Of a DNA stretch of 64,000 nt, positions 50,862-62,211 are shown one piece after another. Source of the stretch: Paraphysomonas bandaiensis (Eukaryota; Protista; Chrysophyceae); assembly GCA_965644295.1 (NCBI GenBank), contig CBFFRP010000126.1:42726-106725 (forward strand). Reading direction: 5' to 3'. The position numbers and the translations under genes are program-made. Within the stretch, counting starts at the first letter, position 1. Each line of letters opens with the position of its first letter. A model generated the notes under the pieces. It did not search any database and was not told the origin of the DNA. It saw nothing but the letters and a program-made list of their open reading frames with translations.

Positions 50862-53475
50862 ATGTCGAAAAGTATTCCTTTTTTACATTCACATAAGTTG
50901 GGTGCAGAGTTGGGTAATTACCCCCCCTTCATCATCAGAGAAGCCACAAGAAATATTGACAACAGAAGGGTAATAGTGAAAATCTATTGCAAACTGGGAC
51001 AATCATCAGCGGAGCAAGAGAAAGTACAGACTGAAATGCAGTTTTGGCGCCTGGTAACGCATCCTAGGGTTGTAGAAATATCGGATGTGTTCGACGAAGA
51101 GGGTTTCCTGTATATCGTATTTGATTACCCGGCTGGTGGAGATTTAGCTGCACTTGTCATGGATGCCACGCGAACTTTCACGGAGGGATTTACTCGAAAA
51201 GTTGCATCTGCTGCATTGGATGCTTTGATATTTTTGCATTCAAATGGAATCATACATGGCGGTGTCCTGCCAGCCAATATAATATTTTCGTCTCCTACTG
51301 ATGTCCCAGGGTGGGCAGATTCCTCCAAGCTGACCTTTTTTCGAATTGATGGTTCTCGGATATCATCTATATTCACAGACATACAGGACCTTGCGTATTG
51401 CATAGTGTGTATCATGCGTAAAAAGGCGGGTTTATTGTCAAGAACGTATTTTGACCCTGAAATATTGCAGGTTGGTGATTGTGCTGCGCTATTATTTATT
51501 TAACATTTTACTACCAGGGTAATGATTGGAGTCACCTCACGAATGATTTTGTTGATTTTGTTGACCAGCTTTGGAACTGTGAAGAGAATTATAAGACGGC
51601 CGAAACGTTTCTATCACATCCGTGGCTGGTAGGTGGGAAATCTTATTACGATGGCACGATTGGTAGGAGTTAATTACTTCAATATGCCACTATTAATGAA
51701 GTTTTGTAGCTGATGGCATACCTCCGCCCTTCTTGACGGTTAGTGGCTACGGGAGTCGGAACGTTGTGCAGGGTACTCAGTCGAATGAAGACTTGAATTG
51801 TTACCTGTATATTAAGATGCGTGAAAAGTCATCCATTGGTACTAGGAAGTGGCGTCGCAGATGGGGAGTGGTGGAAGGGTCAGTTCTACTGCTCTACAAA
51901 GATTCAAATGAGGACAAATCCAACAACCAAGACCTGGCACAGGCCATTCACCTCAAAGATAAAGCAGCAGTGGTATTAGCAATGGCTAAACACGACTATA
52001 CATTTGGTCTTCAAGACACAGTTCTGCAGCAAATCGTTTTGTGGATGAGGTTCGACAATGAAACCGATTACTCCAGGTACTGTATACGTGTTCTTTTGTA
52101 AATTTTATTATTCAACTGTCAGGTGGAAACAATTTCTTCTGTCATCTCAGAAAGAACTTTCTGCTGCCAAAACCTACAATGATATGGAGAACCCCGATAA
52201 TGCACTGTCTCCACCTGAACAGAGCTTTGCTTCTACTCTTTTACAATCTCTTCCGTCTGCCCCAGATGCAGGTGTCATGTACGTAGCCTGCTTAAGTATA
52301 ACTCACATCTCTTTCTTGGGTACAGAGTCTCTAGTTCGGGCTGTGGATTTGGCATCTAAAGAATTCACGAGGCAGATTGAAGCACAGGCAGCGTCTTATG
52401 TACGGAAGTCGCAAATGCTTCAGACATTGAAAGGGAATAAGCTGGACAATGCTAACACCAGTCGGGCGTATAATCACTCTCTGTCGCCTTTTCCATCTGA
52501 GCAGAAGACTCGCGTACATCCAGCTATCAAGTGGGACATGCGGGCTCAAGAACTTATGTTGGTCATGTCAACTGGTGAAAATAATTGATAACATATCTTT
52601 ATTTGTAATATTGTGTGCGTTGCTAATGTTCAGGAACGCCTGTCAATATCCCCGTATCTGATGGACAAGAGTGGTTTATAGTTGACGCGACATGGTTTAA
52701 ACATTGGATCTTTTTTGTCTCCAGCAAGCGGAGAGTAGTTCCACCTGGGCCAATAGATAATTTGTGGATGATAAATCCTCTAACTGACCGACCCTATGAG
52801 CATATGAGAGAGGACACAGACGACTCTTCTGGTGATTTCAGGCGTGTGCCTCCACAGGTGCGAATTTCATTCATCTACACTTTATTGTCACAAACAATGC
52901 AGATATGGGAGCTGTTTGAAGTATGGTATGGTGGGGGTCCCGCTATTAGTGTAGTCGGGCCGCCGGTAGAAGATTCACGACGATGGACAGTTCATATTCG
53001 TGAAAAGATATCAGATAATGATGACGGAGAGAGCCTTGTTGACTTAGTCGCAAATTTAGAACACCCAGAGGACGTCATACACAAGGGTGCCAAAAACGTT
53101 GCTGTCAAACTACAAGGCAGAAAACCATCTGTGGCTGAACTCACGTTTCTCTCGAAAACAGGAAACTTTTATGACGGAGAGGGTGACAGAGCAGAGAGAG
53201 CACTTTCTGCTGTTGATTCAGATGAAGAAGCAGAAGAAGATGATGAAGATGATTCGTTCAATGGTAGTGTGCGTATGAGTAATAATGATGACAGTACAAC
53301 GTCCTATGCACCACTTACAGCTGCCCAACTGCAGCTCATTGGTGATGAAGAGAAGTCTTTTAGCGATGTTTCTACTTCATTGGATCCTGATCAGCAGAAC
53401 AAAGATGGAGATATTTCGAACAATGCACCAGCTCAAGCCCAGAAAAAGCGATTAAGTATATTTAATCGTGGTTAA
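50862..53475 (+). CDS. Pseudokinase (CAMK-like fold) + PH domain + unknown C-terminal region, ~7 introns
   Basis: Kinase-fold motifs VIVKI, HPRVVEI, GGDL, FLHSNGIIHGGVLPANII and FLSHPW. PH motif YLYIK...KWRRRWGVVEGSVLLLYKD...WKQFL. Acidic tail. Confidence 0.8.
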
Positions 53476-53819
53476 TATTTGTAGGGATCACAAGAGTTTT
53501 ATCACCGCAGACGAGTATATTCCTGTAGATTAATCACCGTTGCATTGAAATATGAAGATGTAATGATGCAGATAAATTTATTATTTATTGCATATGAATG
53601 GGCAAGAGCAGTGGTTTAAAACATTGGGCTTGTGAAAGCCCACTAAGTAAGGCAATAACAAGATACAAGATGTAAACGATAGTGCCATTAAGTTGTTTTA
53701 TCATAGGATATCTGCGATAATAATAACTTGTACCACTGATTGTATCACAGTATTAAAATATGGATTATATTATACTATAAGTGTGGCACCTGGAGACAAT
53801 GTACGAGAATACAGTGAAG

Positions 53820-53924
53820 CAGGCCTGGTAACCATTAGTGGTAGTCCAGTTCCTGGTAATTATAATGGCCAATAATAATACTAACTTAAAGTAGATAATA
53901 CCGCTCATAATAGATAGTGTGGTG
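53820..53924. repeat. Transposon-end repeat (second copy of 46515-46658)
   Basis: Direct sequence similarity to 46515-46658. Confidence 0.7.
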
Positions 53925-53968
53925 CTCCCTTAATATATACTTCTCGCTCTCCACTGGAACATCAGGAT

Positions 53969-54285
53969 CAAGGCTGCGTAACAATTAATAGCAATTTAAT
54001 TGCAAATGTTTTTTGCAATTAAATATTGCAATTATTAGTTATAGCTCGCGTAATTATAATTGCAATTTAATTGTGCCAATTATTGTCTAATTAGCTTAGT
54101 TACTCATTGCAAGCACGTATAGCATCTTCAACCTTCAACCGTTCTTGCATTCCACAGAAATCTATTGACGCGCAAGAACATAAGGGCCTCTAATCGACGA
54201 GGTGCCATAGATTTGCATAAATACGCTCTCTACTGGTGAAAATACAGTCCAACAAAAAGTTACACCTTTTTAGCTCTAGCTCTAA
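53969..54285 (-). mobile_element. hAT 3' end relic
   Basis: TIR CAAGGCTGCGTAACAATTAAT (same family as 6956) and minus-strand MAPRRLEALMFLRVNRFLWN, a transposase C-terminus. Confidence 0.75.
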
Positions 54286-54289
54286 GAAG

Positions 54290-55385
54290 CTCAATGTCTC
54301 TATTGAGACCGTCGTTGTGTTACATCAGCGGGTTCAGGCTCAGATTGTCCTCTCCTCCCCAAGCATGGCTCCATTTTGTATCACACCACACTGCCGACAA
54401 ATATCTTGTCTTACCATCATGTTGTACATGTTTCCAGTTCCATAACTTGGCCTTGCAACAACCCTCATACCTAACGCCTTCAGTTAAACCACGTGGTGCG
54501 AGTGAAGGAACCATCAGTGAAGATGGCTTGATAGTCGTGTGTGGGTGATCGTCGTACAACAATTGGAGTTGGGATTGTACCCTGTCAATGGTGTCTCGGA
54601 ATTGGGGCGTGGCCGGTGATGGAGGCTGCAGACGGATTCCGAGCTGTTGTCCCCATTATTGGACTATAGGCTAGTGATGTATAGGTCAATGTCGGGTTGG
54701 TTTAGGTCGTGGCGTTGTAGAATGGATAGCGCAGCTTGTTTGGGCTCGCCTCCAAGGGTGATGGCTCTTTGCAGAGTGTGCCACTTTTGGGTCTGAGCAC
54801 AGGTGAAGAACATGCGTAACCCAAGTCCTTTGTACTTCGTTGAAAGGTAGATGAGTGCTGTTGGGTATCCTGGGGGTAGGCGCAGGACTGCCCTTACGGC
54901 GCGTGCAAGTAGTGTGTCTATTTAAAGGAACTTGGCGTACGTCCAGGAGGCTTTAGTGGCTTTGTAGAGGAGTGTCGGGAGTATTAGAGTGTTGAGCACT
55001 AGGAACTTGCATTCTGGGGATGCCCACTTATAACGAAGATATGTTGTGGAAGTGGCGATGTAGTTGACGCACCAGGCATGGGAGTCGGTGTCTTTTGGGG
55101 AGAATGGGAGTAGTACCCCAAGATATTTGGTGGGGAGTGTGGTAGCTCTGATTGGGACGGTGTGCGGGATCCAGTTCCAGTCTCTAAAATGGTGAGGGTT
55201 GGCTCTTTTTCCAGCATGGCCAATAGCGATACATTCCGTTTTGTCTTTGGCGAGTTGCATTCCCGTGAATGCGCAGAAGAATGAAAGCCTGTCTGCCTTC
55301 GTCTGCGTGGTGGCAATGGAGTTTGTAATTTGGGAGAGATCGTCAGCATACGCCTTGTCTTGGCTGTCGCAATAGTCAAAGGTGC
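54290..55385 (-). mobile_element. Non-LTR retrotransposon (LINE) RT fragment, decayed
   Basis: KAYADDL (~55340), KYLGVLL and LILPTLLY, with frameshifts and stops. Confidence 0.85.
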
Positions 55386-55417
55386 TATATAGCTATAACT
55401 GTGAAACTGAAGTATTA

Positions 55418-55880
55418 TGTAACGACTACGGGTGATTGAGCCTCGCTATCATGACTAACATTGCTGGTCTTATCATCCTCTCCATGTGCATAGGTGTAAT
55501 CTTTCTGATGAGAAAGACCGTGTTTACAACGTTTTATGAATTTAAAGTGCTTCCCAAACCGAGAATACACTGTCCAGAACACCAAACCGGTGAAACTGCC
55601 TCCTAACACAAGCAAACCACTAGTATAGAATGAATTAAAATTACGTTAAAACGTGTAAAGAAAGTGAATAACAACGCTATTCAAAGTCACTATAAATCAT
55701 CTACAATCTACTGTATCATACTTGCAGTTATACGGGACGTATATCCCTTCAAGAATACTCAAACAGCATGATGTACAGACAAACTGAAAATGAAAATACA
55801 GTAAAACACCTTACTCCCGAGTACAACCGTATAAGACTGTATAACTCCACGTATAGCAGTAATTACAGGTATGCGTGACA
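55418..55880 (-). repeat. 3' LTR of the gypsy element
   Basis: TGTCAC...GTTACA termini on the minus strand, adjacent to the polypurine tract. Confidence 0.75.
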
Positions 55881-57803
55881 CTACCCCTTCTCCCTCCAGC
55901 TAGAGAAAAGAAATAAGAATACATATCTGGGATAGATAGAAGTAATACTTGTATCAGCCAATAAAGCGTCATTCCAAGCATTAGCAAATAAAAATCCAAT
56001 TCATTAAATAAAAATAATAAACATACGTAGAACAATATGATAATAAGTATAAATAATAATGTGAATATTATAATGTATGTATGGTGATATAATTATGAAA
56101 TACTATATGAATAAATAAAAGTAATAGGTAGTTAGAGGAGAATATTAGGATGTTGTTGGCAGAATGCAGCATCACCAATACCATAGTAGAAGGATCAAAT
56201 GCCGTGACTCGACCATAGCAGTGAACGTCATAGGCACTCCATTCATATGTAGATTGGAACAAAGGGCAATAGAGGTCTATACGTAACTGGCGACGGCCAG
56301 CCCACCGCACATAAGAACATTCGACAACATACATCGTTGTATAACAACTCGGCAGATTAAGCTCATCATAGAAATCTGAACCCCATGCACGCAAATCTAC
56401 ATAAATTGTTTGACCAGGTGACACCCCTTCAATAGGTATACGTTTCAAACGGGCACGTTCAGATTTTGCCATAGCAGCAGAAAACAACAGAGGGAACAAT
56501 TGAGGTTTCTGCTCACAGAACGACTGAAATTGCGAGGTGGAAGCGATATCCTGGGACCATGGAAGCCATAATAACGAACCATCCTCAAACTGAACTTGGA
56601 ATTCCATTCGAGAACAAACCTCCGGATCTCCTCGGTATGCAATCACAGCAACCACAGTATACTGGTTAAAATCAATTTGCGCAACACGATATGCCTGCTC
56701 AGGCGTACCAAAGAACGGTTTGAGCCATGACATGTGCAGCACAACTTCAAAACGCATCACAACATAAATGCATGTGACATCAGCCTTATACGTGGATACC
56801 ACTTCGTAAGGACCTTTGAAACGAGGGTACAATTTACTGGGCTTATGTTGAGTTGGATCCAGCCGCAACAAAACTAAATCACCAGGCTGATATTCGTTCA
56901 AAGTATGTGCAGGCGTGGCAGACTTGCGCTTGTCTTGGAACTTGCGTTGAACATCCATGGCGACCGCTCGAATCTTCTGTAAGTTCTCATTCAAAATAGA
57001 CACATAACCCGCAGCAGAAGACTCATCCATAGTCAGTTCACCCAACCGAAAATATGGAATATCAACGGTACCAAACACATATTGAAAAGGAGAGAGTCCA
57101 GTCTCACTACTGACTTCATCATTCAAAATGAACTCAATCAACATGTAACACTCAATATCCCCCCATGAATCTTGCAACCTCTCATCATGGACTAGACCCT
57201 GTAGAAATCGCAACAGCTCTCGATGAGATCGCTCGACCATGTTGGACTCATGTCGATTAGTTAATGACATTCGAAATCGAACTCCAAACCACTTCAACAA
57301 TAACTGTACCACTTCAGCAGTAATGTTTGACCCAGGGGGTCTGAAATCAGTACTTCTGAAATTCCATAAGTAATAAAGTAATGAAACAACGCTCTAGCAA
57401 CTCCTTCCGCTCTATAGTCCTTAGCTGGGTAGAGTCCTATCAATCGGGCTGGCATTTGCTTCACAACATGTATGCAACAGTGTCCCTGAGCATCAGGAGG
57501 ACTAACTGTAAGTGTATCAAAACCCACAAAATGTCTGCAATGTTCTGCATCCAAAGCTCTGACAGGCGCTTGTAACGAATCCGACATACCACTGTTCAAC
57601 TTCTGACATAAAGCGCACTCGTCAATAAAGTTACGTACAGTCTCTATAGAGATACCATGTCCAGGAAAGACTTTGCATAATTTTAACCATGTTCTACGCA
57701 ATCCGTGGTGTCCCATTCGACCATTGTGTACCATGTCGAAGGCTTCCTTTGCTGAACGGGGCTTTGGGCTCTCCTGAAATACAGACATACACAACATATC
57801 TAT

Positions 57804-60800
57804 TGAAACGACTGGGGTTGTGGGGATAATGGGCATTGGACTATATCTTGACACATCATGCATATACCTTGTTGTCATGTCTGCAGATGTCTTCTTACTA
57901 CGTGCTGTGACGTCTGATCTTATAGAGTGTGTAGCGGGTACTGTTCAACCACACCTCTAGGCCCTGATAATTAATACTTATTATGACTTCATTCCTAGAA
58001 GAAGAAGTGACTTAACATAGCAATCTTGCACTTACAAGCTGGCTCTACACTCATTAGCATCATATCATACTTCTCATATTCTCTAACCGCTCAGACGGTC
58101 CCATACATGCACTACAATCCCTCCCTACGTACTTATATACGTACCATGCGTACTGCAAGGCCCGTACTTATGCACATGTACCACACGAGATGTAGACATA
58201 TACACAGGTACACCACCATATACCTCTCAGTCTAACCTTCTCCTTGACCATATATGGGGTCTAAACGACAACAATAGCATATCTTTCATTATTCTACCTA
58301 CAACTCACATTTTCCAGTCAAATGACGCATATCAGAATCGTCACATTTCCCCCGAATCCACGACCTGAACAGGTCTAAACAACTTAAGCACCTCGTGACC
58401 TGGTTCATGAAGGTAACACTCAGAATTAGAAATATGTCAACCGTATTTGATATTTGATTGCTCTAATAGTCCACACTCCTGTTTCTGAACCGCTCCTATA
58501 CAGTATACTGGTAACTATGTACTGTAGCCTCGATCTGACCACCACCTGGGTCACCTAACCCATTCATCCACCGAAGATTCATAACAACAGCATCATCTAC
58601 GATAATGGTTATAACCCCACCGTCTCGTAGCATCGCTCTCGTCTTTTGCATCTGCCAGGTCCCGTTGAACTTCCTCTCCATACCCTTATGCTCCTCCCGT
58701 GCATGTCTTAGCCGCTGACTTTCTCCAAATCCCGTCCACACACCTCTTCGTAGCACGATACAAACAGATGAAATCTCATGGCACCCTTTTGATTGCTCCT
58801 CTTTGAATAATACGCCTGACCACTTTCCCCTCTCTACTGACGCTTCAGTGTCTGGAACACTGTCCTGCTTATTCCCTAATCCTTCTTGTATGCTTATGTT
58901 TACATTCCCTATATTCTGCTCAACCTCAGTATTTTGCTGAACGACATGATCGGACAAATCATCTTCTTCCTGCCCTACATACTGGACTTCCTCTCTCAGC
59001 TCCGCACTGCTCCCTTCAGTTGTAGCTCTTACGGATACTTCCAACGGCCTACCTTCCTCAATACCGTGACACTGTTTCCTCACTATCGACTGGACTCCAC
59101 GAACTCCTCCCTCTACATCCCGACAGCACTCGGTCTCTATCTGTAACTCATCAGACCTCCCACACAATTCTTCACTTTTCGTTTGTTGAGAACTACACTG
59201 TGAGCCTTCGTTACTTCTACAACCAGGCTCATACGTCCCCCTTTGTTGATACCAACACAACCAACATCGTCGAGCGAAATATGGTGCTGAACCCTGTCGA
59301 AGAATAGCCTGCTGCTGGCAACTGTCGCACTGTCGATCATAAGAGAGAGCTGGAACAACTCTTCCTACTCCCAGTTCTATATACAACTGTTGACTTCTCA
59401 TCCCTATTATATCTACCTGTCGTGAGATAACCCACTCTAGTTGCACATTCCTCGGGGCCTCCTCCGTACTCCAACCCATTGCCTTCATTTCCTCATGAAA
59501 CACACTCTCCTGATATTCCTCCCACTCCTCGGCATTATGCCTAGACCACCTTGATTCTTTATCTTCACTATGCATAACTCCCTCTACATCCTGACGGTGT
59601 TCTGTCTCCATCTGTAACTCATCAGGCCTGCTCCCTATACTCCAGCCCTCCTGTGGTAATATCTCTTCCCCTAAGACTCCCGTGTCCACTGCTGCTAAGT
59701 CCTCCATGACTGGTGTGTTCTGATGGTCTCCTCCCATCTCCTCCCTACTGGACTGCCTTCTTGTTGCTGTCCTTGCTCCTACTACGTACTTCACTGGTGA
59801 CTTCATACCCTCTTCCATGAGCCTCTCCTCTGCCTGACTTCTCCGATACCCGCACACCCAGCACTCCGTAGCATACTTCGGTACAGATCCTGCTTTCATC
59901 ACTGCGGGACAACTCCAACATTTACGATCCAACCCGAGAGTCTCTGTCCGAGAACTTCCCCTCACTTCTATTACCGGCTGGTTCCTCTCCTTCTTATATA
60001 TCTCTGGCGGACCCACACCCGTGATTGTATCTCTGATGGTCTACGCCTCCACTCTCTAATATAGTCCCCCCTCGCTGCCTCCAATCCTGGCCAATCCTCC
60101 CGTTCCACTGTATGGTCCTCTTGGGGCCACACTCCTACTCCTCTGCTGTAGGCTGTCCCTTGGCCAGCCGTACTGAATCTACACCCGTCACCACGAGTGT
60201 AAACTGGTTCCTCAAATGGGACCGTCCCTTGGCCGGCCCCGGTATCCCACCATGCATCCGAGAATGATGATTCGTGTGCACCTTCCACACCATCCCCCCA
60301 TAGTCCGGGCTCATGCGCCTCCCCTCGTTGAGACCGTTGCCATGAATTTTTGCTGCCCCCGCTTCCTCGTGGTTGATCAATCCCCCGGGGTCGCTGAGGC
60401 AGCCCACGTTGTCCACCACATGAAACGACTGGGGTTGTGGGGATAATGGGCATTGGACTATATCTTGACACATCATGCATATACCTTGTTGTCATGTCTG
60501 CAGATGTCTTCTTACTACGTGCTGTGACGTCTGATCTTATAGAGTGTGTAGCGGGTACTGTTCAACCACACCTCTCTAGGCCCTGATAATTAATACTTAT
60601 TATGACTTCATTCCTAGAAGAAGAAGTGACTTAACATAGCAATCTTGCACTTACAAGCTGGCTCTACACTCATTAGCATCATATCATACTTCTCATATTC
60701 TCTAACCGCTCAGACGGTCCCATACATGCACTACAATCCCTCCCTACGTACTTATATACGTACCATGCGTACTGCAAGGCCCGTACTTATGCACATGTAC

Positions 60801-60964
60801 CACACGAGATGTAGACATATACACAGGTACACCACCATATACCTCTCAGTCTAACCTTCTCCTTGACCATATATGGGGTCTAAACGACAACAATAGCATA
60901 TCTTTCATTATTCTACCTACAACTCACATTTTCCAGTCAAATGACGCATATCAGAATCGTCACA
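57804..60964 (-). mobile_element. Young non-autonomous LTR retroelement (LTRs 57804-58345 and 60421-60964)
   Basis: LTRs of 542/544 bp, TG...CA, identical by eye except for a 2-bp indel. TSD CTAT on both sides, PBS TGGTGGACAACGTGGG and PPT GGGGGAAA. No pol motifs inside. Confidence 0.95.
58496..60016 (-). CDS. ORF of unknown function inside the nested LTR element (two C4 zinc-finger-like repeats)
   Basis: 506 open codons with CWSC..CWVC and CDSC..CWLC, each followed downstream by RxDELQxETE..DVEG. The start codon is uncertain (GTG in the ORF track). Confidence 0.6.
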   Translation of the reverse strand: MGPPEIYKKERNQPVIEVRGSSRTETLGLDRKCWSCPAVMKAGSVPKYATECWVCGYRRSQAEERLMEEGMKSPVKYVVGARTATRRQSSREEMGGDHQNTPVMEDLAAVDTGVLGEEILPQEGWSIGSRPDELQMETEHRQDVEGVMHSEDKESRWSRHNAEEWEEYQESVFHEEMKAMGWSTEEAPRNVQLEWVISRQVDIIGMRSQQLYIELGVGRVVPALSYDRQCDSCQQQAILRQGSAPYFARRCWLCWYQQRGTYEPGCRSNEGSQCSSQQTKSEELCGRSDELQIETECCRDVEGGVRGVQSIVRKQCHGIEEGRPLEVSVRATTEGSSAELREEVQYVGQEEDDLSDHVVQQNTEVEQNIGNVNISIQEGLGNKQDSVPDTEASVERGKWSGVLFKEEQSKGCHEISSVCIVLRRGVWTGFGESQRLRHAREEHKGMERKFNGTWQMQKTRAMLRDGGVITIIVDDAVVMNLRWMNGLGDPGGGQIEATVHSYQYTV

Positions 60965-61360
60965 CTATGACATCTGGCTCTGTTGTGCTCTCTATGTTAA
61001 ATATTTCATCATCTGACAATAAGCACCCGTTCTCATATATACAGTTCAGTTCAGGCATTTCACTCTCATCTGCGCAGTGTATACATGAATCCAAAACTGA
61101 AACCAGAGCGACTGTATCATCAGCAGCACCTTGGCGAGACAACCAATCTGCAAATTTATTCAGTTTGCCTTTGAAGTGTAATAAGTCAAACTGAAAATTC
61201 TGCATATATACACACGCATACGTACGATACGATCCACCTCTGATTGACTGATTCCTCCATCCACTTCAGATTAGCATGATCAGTAAGAAGTGTAAAGTAT
61301 TTGCCCCGCAAGTAATACGACAGTTTATAGATGCTATAAAACGCTCCGAAACACTCCTTA

Positions 61361-62211
61361 AAGTCGGTGTGATCATGAAACCTGGTAAAGTGATTTCACC
61401 AGGTTTCATATATGCAAAAATGTTGTATATGTACTTATTTGAAGACTAGGGTGAATGATAATTAAAATTTAGTTGTTTGTATATTTTCAATTATAATATA
61501 TTTTAAAAATATTTTACTAAAATATTGTATTATATTGTTACTTTTCATATAAATCTACTGTATTACTACTTCTGAAAATCTCGCATCAACGTAACTATAT
61601 ATACACATACAACACATGATTAGGTACTATACTACTTTAAATATAATACCATAAATGAAACACAGTGTGGTTTCTAGTCAGTGTGGACTGTCTAACAGGG
61701 TTGCAAATATCATCCACTGTAGTGCTATCAGACATATCAGATCGCAAGATTATGATTGTTTGTGTAATGTACCTAATATTGAATGTAGCCCACTAGGGCA
61801 AGCCTCATATCCCTTCCAGTAATAGTGACAGTACTCCGAGGTGGGGTTATAATGAGAATCCCACTAAAAGGAGTGGTGGGTAGATATAGATGCAGTTGAT
61901 TCTGCATCTATTATTACTAGTGAATGTGCCAGAAGTTCTGTTGATTATCGCTTGATTAGCCATCAGAACTTTGCTATACATAGATACACAGCACTATAGT
62001 ACGCATATATCATGTATAGTGTAACCGTTACATTCTCACATTTTTGGCCTGTAACTAATATAAAACTTATTAAATGTCTTTAAAAACATGTTCCCTTCAC
62101 ACCTACTGCAGTATTTATTGCAAAAAGCATCAAAAACTCAATATAAATCGACATTTTCAAAATTTCACCAGTTTTAGAGCGCTTCTCCAGGTTTCTTCAT
62201 CACATCAACTT
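61361..62211. mobile_element. Non-autonomous TIR DNA transposon inserted in the gypsy RNase H
   Basis: Imperfect TIRs AAGTCGGTGTGATCATGAAACCTGG / CCAGGTTTCTTCATCACATCAACTT. Removing the element plus one TA restores ...IIDKECF.... Confidence 0.85.

Noticed and set aside
55415-55615. 66-aa ORF with a hydrophobic segment (env-like or host exon?)
   Set aside because: It lies inside the gypsy 3' LTR, has no ATG start and is too short to support a call.
57806-57878. N-terminus MTTRYMHDVSR... of the 194-aa ORF, duplicated at 60495
   Set aside because: This is LTR sequence that happens to be in frame with the interrupted integrase, not a real gene duplication.
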